This document shows, piece after piece, positions 55,624 through 64,000 of a DNA stretch of 64,000 nucleotides. The position numbers and the translations under genes were made by a program. This stretch comes from the human T2T-CHM13v2.0 reference genome, Homo sapiens. Position 1 is the first letter of the stretch, and the number at the start of each line of letters is the position of its first letter. The notes under the pieces were generated by a model. That model saw only the letters and a program-made list of their open reading frames with translations. It was not told where the DNA came from and did no database searches. Location of the stretch: contig CP068257.2 in NCBI GenBank assembly GCA_009914755.4, positions 23,488,001-23,552,000 on the forward strand, written 5' to 3'.

Positions 55624-55930
55624 GGCCGGGTGCAGTGGCTCACACCTGTAATCCTAGCACTTTGGGAGGCCGAGGCGGGTGGATTACCTGAGATCAGGAG
55701 TTCAAGACCAGCCTGGCCAACATGGTGAAACTCTGTCTCTACTAAAATACAAAAATTAGCCGGGCATGATGGCAGATGCCTGTAATCCCAGCTACTCGGA
55801 GGCTGAGATGAAATTGCTTGAACACAGGAGACAGTGGTTGCAGTGAGTGGAGATCGTACCACTGCCCTCCAGCCTGGGCAACAAGCAAGACTCTATCTCA
55901 AAAAAAAGAAAAAAAAAGAAACAAAGAAAA
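55624..55930 (+). mobile_element. Full-length Alu SINE with ~19-bp TSD
   Basis: ggccgggtgcagtggctcacacctgtaatcctagcactttgggaggccgaggcgggtggattacctgagatcaggagttcaagaccagcctggccaacatggtgaaactctgtctctactaaaatacaaaaattagccgggcatgatggcagatgcctgtaatcccagctactcggaggctgagatgaaattgcttgaacacaggagacagtggttgcagtgagtggagatcgtaccactgccctccagcctgggcaacaagcaagactctatctc, then an A-rich tail. TSD agaaacttccttcattttct (55603-55622) and agaaacttcattcattttct (55930-55949). Confidence 0.95.
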
Positions 55931-56222
55931 GAAACTTCATTCATTTTCTATTGTGTCTATCTGAATACGACATCAGTGTTTCCACTTGAGTAAGGCATTG
56001 TTAGTTTTGGTAAAATTGGACTTTTCTTGGTGGGTTGTTTTTCAAATTTGAAGAATTAATACCAAATAATCCTACACCACTTAAAGAACCAACTTATGTG
56101 TAAAACTTGCAGCAAACTGATTTTGGCAAGCCCACTGCATGCACCATTGATCATGTTCAATGTGTTACACAAGCCAAACCTTGTGCCTGCCAAGATCATA
56201 GCTGCTGGTCCTTGACCAGAAT

Positions 56223-56241
56223 TTTTTTTTTTTTTTTTTTT
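56223..56241. repeat. poly(T) run, about 19 nt
   Basis: Homopolymer T tract in otherwise unique sequence. No Alu body is attached. Confidence 0.9.
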
Positions 56242-56939
56242 GTGCAACATGGTTAGCAGTGTATTTGAGATAATGAGAACATTCAAATCTGCTTCCTGAA
56301 GAAATACACATTATTAGTATAGACTATACAATAAAACTAGAAAGCTACCAAGTGAATCTCCTCAGGGGTTAGATTACCTATCTAATAATAGGTTCAATGT
56401 GGAGCCTTACTCTTCATTTGCATGATTTTTCTGCTACTTACATGTCTTTTTATAGTACACAAACTTCACATCAAGTTTGAGAACCTAATATAATTAAGCA
56501 AAGAGAACATTAAATTTTTGTATTAACCTAAATTTGCAAATGTAAAAACATTGACATCCTGAGCAGGAAGTATGTCAATTAAGTGATAATGATTCTAGGA
56601 TTAACTGTGACATCAATATTTAAAACTAGTAAACTATTCTTTTCATAAAATCAAGATTTTATGTTCATCTACATTTGTCCTGTGAACCTTGTTAAAAGCC
56701 ATTTATAATTCCACAAACAATGTATTTATCATTTTATTTTGGGTGGACCTCATGAGAGCTACCTATATCTGTATAACAATTAAAAACATTTACTTAAAAT
56801 TCTAGTTTATATTACAGGTTATAGTATTATCTCTGTCTTTTTTTGTGAGTATCAAAAGAACATGCTCATACAATATACTTTATGTAGAATAATTTTCTGT
56901 ATCCCTACAAGTATTTGCCTATTTTAAATATTTTTGATG

Positions 56940-57276
<337 letters not shown>

Positions 57277-57699
57277 TCAAAGAAAATGTTAGGTGTTTTT
57301 TTTTTTGTTTGTTTAACGTTTTATACCTTGTTTTAAAAGTGAGAGATTAAGTCAAGAATAATAGGACTCCATCCTTGTATTTCCCCCCACCTCTCTCAGA
57401 GATTGATTGAAGGGAGTTGAAAAAGGAAAAAGGGAACTTCAGAGATGAGGAAATAATAGTGGGTATAGTCATTATGGTAATAGCAAGTGAGATACCCCTC
57501 CACCCAATTCCAGTAATTCAATAGGATATTTTTTTACTTTTGCAAATAAGTCCTTAGTCACCTGTCCTAAAAGATGGTTGACCACAATTTCTGCATAAGA
57601 GGAACAGTACTTGGCTTTTCCCTTGGCAGCTCAGGCCATGGGTTACACCTGTCCTACCCACCCAGTGAGGGGGCCATTGGAGAGCACCCAGCCCAAGGA

Positions 57700-58176
57700 C
57701 ATACAAGGTTGCAATGGGATGAACGGTGGCCCTTGCAAAAAAAATATGTCCACATCCTAACCCCTGGAACCTGTGAATGTAATCTTATTTAGGAAAAGAA
57801 AAATGTATCTTTACAGATATAACTCAGTTTGGGATCTTGAGATGAGCTCATCTGAGATGATCTAGGTAAGTGTTAAGTATTATAATGAATCCCTAGAAGA
57901 GACAAAAGAGAGGAAGACACAGACACAGAGAAGGTCATGTAAAGACAGAGGCAAAGACTAGAGTTATAAGGCAAGAAACATCCGGAGTCACCAGAAGCTG
58001 AAAGAAGCAAAGAAACATTCTTCACTAGAATCTTCCAAGGGATATAACTCCACCAACCACCTTGATTTTGCATTTCTGGCCTCCAGAACTGTAAAAGAAT
58101 AAATTTCTGTTGTCTTAAGCCAGAAACAATTTAATTTTGTGGTAATTCTGTTACAGCAGGCCTAGGACACTAATAC
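57700..58176 (+). mobile_element. MLT1-like (older ERVL-MaLR) solo LTR
   Basis: ...tccacatcctaacccctggaacctgtgaatgtaatcttatttagg...gatataactcagtttgggatcttgagatgag...gacacagacacagagaaggtcatgtaaagacagaggcaaagactagag...ccaccttgattttgcatttctggcctccagaactgtaaaagaataaatttctgttgtcttaagccag...tttgtggtaattctgttacagcaggcctaggacactaataca follows the MLT1 consensus pattern (...cctaatccctggaacctgtgaatatgttaccttacatgg...ccagaactgtaagataataaatttgtgttgttttaagccac...tttgttacagcagcaataggaaactaataca). Confidence 0.6.
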
Positions 58177-60435
58177 AAATAAGCAATCAAAACTGCCTTA
58201 AAAAAAGAGCCTTCAATAAACACTCAGCTTGTCAGGGAAGTTGGTGACTAAATTATCCCAATAAGTATGTCTCTGAGAGTTTGAAAATAAAATACAGAAA
58301 ATAATGAAGATGTTCATAACTGGAAGAATACTAAGAATAAATATAAAGAGAACAATCAGAGAGAGGAGCTGAGTCAGGTTCCTGAAGAAACATAAATGGA
58401 TGGGTAGGCTGAAGACAAATCAGCCAGCCAGAGCTCGACACCCCTCCCCAGCTACTGTGATGAAAATCTTTAGTTGGCATAATTCTCATTTCTAAATGCA
58501 ACCTCTGATGAGTACAGTAACCTCTGGCCTTTGTAACCAAAGTCTTCTTATTAACACAATCATTCTAAAATAGCAGTATGGGGTTTTGCTGTGGTCAAAG
58601 TTTATCCATGGAGCTAAGTGCACTTCTACATATCCAGTCATAATCAGCCCTGCTCATCTCCCTAGATCACAGCTCTGATGCTTCAAACAAGCATTTTCTA
58701 GACTCAAAAGCATATGCAAAGCGGCTATTTGGAAAACCCCTCAGAATTTCCTACACATTCATTTGTGCCAAGGTGGCTGGTCCGCTCTCCTAGTGAGAAC
58801 ACCAGTGTGTTATCTCAGCTTCCATGAGAGCTCATTAACAGTAGCTCCTACAGGTTATAGAATTCAAAGAGTATCGACTAGTCTAAAGTCATGTCGCCTC
58901 AAAAAATGAAAATTTCATCAGCTTTGCCAATGAAATGATATTTTAGAAGATGATCAAGTACTATTTATTCAACCCTTTAGATTTTTCAAGATCATTTTTA
59001 TTTCAAATTGATTGATTAGTAGACTATACTCATAACTACTTTACTAAATTATATTTTATATTTTATTGTATATTGTTTATATTATACATATATTATAAAT
59101 TCTTATGTCTTTATGCAGTTTTCCAAAAAGAAAGTTAGTGAAGAAGAAAAAGTTATATAAAGAATGCCTCAAGATATATTAAAATTATTGAATATTATTT
59201 TCCCCATAAAGTCTTACATAATTAGTATCTAATAGAATTTAGTAGCAAAATAACTTGTTCGTTTCTTAAAGAAATGTCATGATTACTTTTAATAAATAAG
59301 AGAAATTTTTGTCATGTTTTCTCATCTTATCTTGATTTTAAGAAGCCTAGAGTTCAACCTAATGCTTAATTACATGTATTATTTTAGTGTGTTTCAAGAG
59401 GCCTATCTGTCATAGTGGTTAAGCTCAATTTTGGACTCTGACATAGCTATACTTAAATCCTGACTCTGCCAACAGACAGTTACATGACATTGGGCAAAAC
59501 ATTTAATCTCTCTGGACTCCAGTTTTCCTATCTATGAAGTGGAGATAAAAATAGCACTTACTTCTGCGCGTTCTTGTAAAGAACAAATTAGATAATGCAT
59601 ATAAAACACTTAGAAACTGGCTTGACTCTAGTATCAACATAATACAGTTATATCTGTATTTCTGCTTTGATACCTTTATTCTAAACAACTTTTTTTATAA
59701 ACAGGTAAAATACGAATATAAACACAAGACATAGGAAAGGAATACTAAATTTAAAAAGAACCCGAACGGCTTAGAGAAACAGATTAATAAATGCAACTGC
59801 TGACTTTAAAAGTCTGCACTGAATTTCTGAGCTTTCTTTTTATTCCTCCTTTAAGATATATTTATTAGTGGTTAGATAAGTTAGAACAAAGGCAGAAAAA
59901 AATGTGGCATTTGGGACATCATAAAGTGATGCTTGGTCACAAAGGTGAAAACTGGCAATTTCCCCTTATTGGTAGAGATGGAAATTAATCTTATTAGTCT
60001 GTCACAGGAGTGTTATTTTCAATGTGCCCCAAAGTACTGGTCCAATTCTTTTTGCTCCAACATAAATCCCATTTTTAGAATGATAGGATAGCTACTCAAA
60101 ATGAGGGAAGCACTCATTCAAAAGATAAAGCAAAATTAGAGAGATGTGGAGAAGAATATCTAAAGAAGATTCAGTCAGGCATCAAGCCTGAGTAAATCTA
60201 AATGATATGTTTTGAATCAAGGATTAGCCAATATACAGTTGTGCCTGAATACTTGTGGACTAGAAAAAGAAAGACTTTGCAAAATGAAATTAGGAGGCGA
60301 TCAATAAAAATATTTGTGGCATGAGAACTGTCTTCTATTCTAAAATGCAAACCTAAATAAAATCATATTACAACTGGAAAAAGGTTTGGGAAACTTCTAA
60401 AGCTTCATTTAGAGCTCTGTCATTAATTTATTTAA

Positions 60436-60737
<302 letters not shown>

Positions 60738-61452
60738 GACTTCTAGCTCAATAAAAAATAAATCCAGAAGCCACAGGCATATGCAGATCTTTTAATTGCT
60801 AGGTAATTATTCGAGTATGAGATGTACTTTCAATCAGCTCTATCTGTCAAGAACTCTCTTCTGTTGTCCTATCAAAATCTTTACTCAGGACTCATTGCAT
60901 TGATTGATGCAAAGAGATTATTAACATTACTTTTAAGTTTACAAATATGAAGAGTAATTATTTTTTAGCCTACAAAGTTAAGCTTATATTTCAAAATCTC
61001 CTTAAAAAAGGGCCACAGATTCTGAGTTCTGTCTTCATCTAATCCAGTCAGCAGTGATTTTCAGAATGTCTGAGATCCCACAGATGAAAATAAAATGACT
61101 CATGTTCTACCTGGCTGCATTGGTCATTGCCTTTTTCCATATATCAGTCATCATAACTGAGATCAGAGCAGTAAGAAATCTTGCCTTAATGTTCCCCCAT
61201 TTGAGTCAGAGTAAAAAATCAGGGCTTCCACTGAAAATATCAATTATTCAGGTGATGTGTTTTATTGTCTATTATATATTAAGTTACTGTTTTTTTTTTA
61301 GAGATAAGATTTTTCCCTGATGTCACGGCATGCCATAGGTATGTCTCTGAGAGTTTGAAAATAGAATATAGAAAATAATCAAGATGTTCATAACTGGAGG
61401 AATCCTGAGAATAAATATGAAGAGAAGAGTCATAGAGAGAAGAAACAGAAAC

Positions 61453-61728
61453 CTGGAGTGTAGTGGCAAGATCATAACTTGCATAGCTTCGAACTCTTAG
61501 TCTCAAATGATCCTCTCATCTTCGCTTCCAAGTAGCTGGGAGTACAGGTCCATGCCGCCATCCTGGCTAAGTTTTGTTTGTTTGTTCGTTTGTTTCTAGA
61601 GAGATGGAGTCTTGCTATGTTGCCCAGGCTTGTCTCAAACCCCTGTCCTTGAGCAATCCTTCTACCTCAGCCTCCCAAAGTGTTTGGATTACACAGGCTT
61701 GAGCCGCCATACCTGGCCTAAATTTTAT
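61453..61728 (-). mobile_element. Old Alu (AluJ/FLAM-like), antisense, lacking the 3' end and poly(A)
   Basis: ctggagtgtagtggcaagatcataacttgcatagcttcgaactcttagtctcaaatgatcctctcatcttcgcttccaagtagctgggagtacaggtccatgccgccatcctggctaagttttgtttgtttgttcgtttgtttctagagagatggagtcttgctatgttgcccaggcttgtctcaaacccctgtccttgagcaatccttctacctcagcctcccaaagtgtttggattacacaggcttgagccgccatacctggcc. Confidence 0.8.
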
Positions 61729-61844
61729 GCTATGAAGAGTGACTCCCCCATCGCCACTCACATGGTTGAGAATAAATTGGTATGACAGGAATTTCACAGA
61801 TATTTGTAATAAGCAGGAGTTTCTCTAATCATAGAAAAATTCCC

Positions 61845-62368
61845 TAAGTCTGGTAGACTGCAAAATGTCTCCACAAAGATGTTCATATCATAATACCCAG
61901 AATCTGTGAATGTTACATTGCATGGCAAAAAGGATTTTACGAATATGACTAAATTAAGGATCTGGATATGAGAAGTTTATCTTGTATTAAATGGATGTGC
62001 CCAATATAATCGCAAGGGTCCATTTAAAAGGGAGGCAGTAGAGTTAGATTCAAAAAAGGCTAAGTGATAACAGCAGAGAGAGAAATTAGAAGATGCTAAA
62101 CCACTGGCTTTGAAGACCAAAAGTGGGACCACAAGCCACGGAATGCAGGTGGCCTCTAAGCTACCAAGGGCAAGGAAACTAATTTTCCGCTAGAACTTCC
62201 AGAAGGAATGCGCTCTGCCAAAAATGGGGTGTTTGCTCAGCAAGACCATTTTGAACTTCTGATTTCTAGAGTATAAATTTGTGTTGTTTTCATTTGAGTT
62301 TATGAATAATGAGTTTATGGCAATTTGAGTTATGGCAATTTGTCACAGCAGCCATAGGAAATGAATGC
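61845..62368 (+). mobile_element. MLT1-like (older ERVL-MaLR) solo LTR
   Basis: ...cataatacccagaatctgtgaatgttacattgcatggcaaaaaggattttacgaatatgactaaattaaggatctggatatgagaagtttatcttgtattaaatggatgtgcccaatataatcgcaagggtccatttaaaagggaggcagtagagttagattcaaaaaaggctaagtgataacagcagagagagaaattagaagatgctaaaccactggctttgaagaccaaaagtgggaccacaagccacggaatgcaggtggcctctaagctaccaagggcaaggaaactaattttccgctagaacttccagaaggaatgcgctctgcc...ttttgaacttctgatttctagagtataaatttgtgttgttttc...tttgtcacagcagccataggaaatgaatgc is collinear with the MLT1 LTR consensus. Confidence 0.55.
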
Positions 62369-64000
62369 GCTAAGTTATTTCAAATTTACTGTATTTTTAT
62401 TCATATTTGTGTATGTAGTCCATGCAGGTGTAAAAAGGTGATACATAAGCAGGGGCAGACCCCAAGCAGCCTCCATTGGGTAAACACTGCTCTTTACTGG
62501 TTCTTCATACCTACATAACACAATCTGCTTCAGTTCAGGTAATCTCTTTATAGCCCAACTAGAGATTTCTTAAGGTACCTTAGAAGTTCCTTCATAAGAA
62601 TTTCATGAAGCAATTGGGACTAGTTGAGAATTATTCAAACAGTGAATTTTAGAAGAAATGTTTACTGGGTAAATACAGTAACATTTAAATTATAGATAAG
62701 CTGATTATATTTTACTATCCAATTTCCATGCCTTTCTCACTGGGCAATTTATGAAATCATTAGTTGTGTATGGCTAAGGGAAATATTGATGTGCTCTATG
62801 AGTGGAGTGGCATCTGCTTTATTTTATTACTTGCTTCTGCATAATCCCCAGTCCTCTTGAATTTTGATCTTGAATTTGGATGGATGTCAATCCATAGATA
62901 ATTCTGCCTGTCTGAATTTTGTTCAAGATTCTGAATTTTAAACCTAAGTTCTCTTCTATGAACAACTATATTTGTCCTGTTTTTTTATCAACCATTATTT
63001 AATTTAACAAACATTTATAGAGTGCCTGCTGTATGCCATCCTCTCTTCAATGTACAAAACTGTCCAAAATTCCTGCCTTTCGAAGCTTAATTCTAGTGGA
63101 TCTGAGCAAACATGTAAAGGGATAAATATTCCTTCAATGTAAGTCTAGTAAATGTATCTACTGGAATCACCGACCAAAACCAAAGAAGGGCTCCTTTCTC
63201 TTTCTCTGATGGAAAGAGAGGGGGTGTGATTGGTGGAAAGTGAGGGAAGGGAGATGAAAAAAGCATTACAGAGGTGATATTTCATGACTCTGTTGACTGG
63301 GGACACAAAAAATTTCCACATGAAATACTTTTTCAAAATGTCCTTACCCGTTACTATAAATTTCAGTGATGATTTCCTTCAATGCCCTGTAAGCAAATGT
63401 CTCTGATTTTGCTACTAAACAATTAATTCCATGTCCATAAATGCATTGCTCACAGTGCCATCACCATGGATGAGGAAAGGAACCAGTAGGGCTATCACAG
63501 CTTAGGTCCAGTGAACTGCAACCTGCAGCTTCTTGGCTAAGAGTAATGATATGAAAAAGTCTAGCTGTAGATAATACAGTGATGTACAGCTGCAAGAAAA
63601 CAACCTGGGCTTCCTAAATGCCTTTGGAAAAGACATTTCACTTCTTTGGGCCTCTCTTTAAATATATATTGATTGAGAAATTTGCATTTGATAATCTTTA
63701 GATTTCTTTCCAGTGCTAATGTTCTATGATTCTATTGAAATTAAACATTCATATATGTAAGTCTAGAATCTCTTAATTCTATTCCTGTATGGAATATGTT
63801 TAATAATGTGTGTATTGTTGCATTAATTCAGTATCTTACTTTCTCCTCTAAGACACATGGAGACTAAAATCCCTTTGAAAACTACTGTTCTCAAAGTACT
63901 GTTACCACACACACATACAGGCATACCCAATTATATTTACATTCTGAAATTATACATGTATGTATAGACTGTATGTGGTTTAATCTCTTAAGTAGTATAA

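Overview
This window reads as primate (human-type) nuclear DNA: AT-rich, repeat-dense, and intergenic or deep intronic. I found no convincing protein-coding exon, RNA gene, CpG island or prokaryotic-style feature. Roughly half the window is recognisable interspersed repeat. There are 17 Alu SINEs, several with clear target-site duplications (TSDs). There are four L1 3'-end fragments, recognisable by ORF2 C-terminal translations such as ...AIREMQI..TMRYHL..., ...[12 protein letters not shown]... and ...KDTCT.MFIAA.FTIAK.WNQ.... There are at least nine ERVL-MaLR elements (THE1/MST-type LTRs beginning TGATATGGTTTGG and ending ...GACTAATACA, plus MLT1-like LTRs), including one full-length LTR-internal-LTR copy. 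MIR-family fragments, a (TG)n microsatellite, an (AAAT)n run, poly-T and GA-rich tracts make up the rest. The points worth a second look are structural rather than genic. One is a CpG-rich 5'-truncated Alu with a perfect 17-bp TSD. Another is an L1 insertion with the 5' inversion typical of twin priming. A ~290-bp inverted-repeat pair lies next to a MaLR copy that has lost its 3' LTR. A 98-bp near-identical direct repeat brackets 2.1 kb. An unclassified block holds about three tandem ~340-bp units. An L1 3'-end fragment has its target motif triplicated at its 5' junction. A nested series of insertions (L1, then MaLR, then Alu) gives a relative dating order. Two weak exon-like ORFs are noted with explicit caveats. 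Coordinates are approximate to within a few bp. Subfamily assignments come from recalled consensus motifs, not from a database search.
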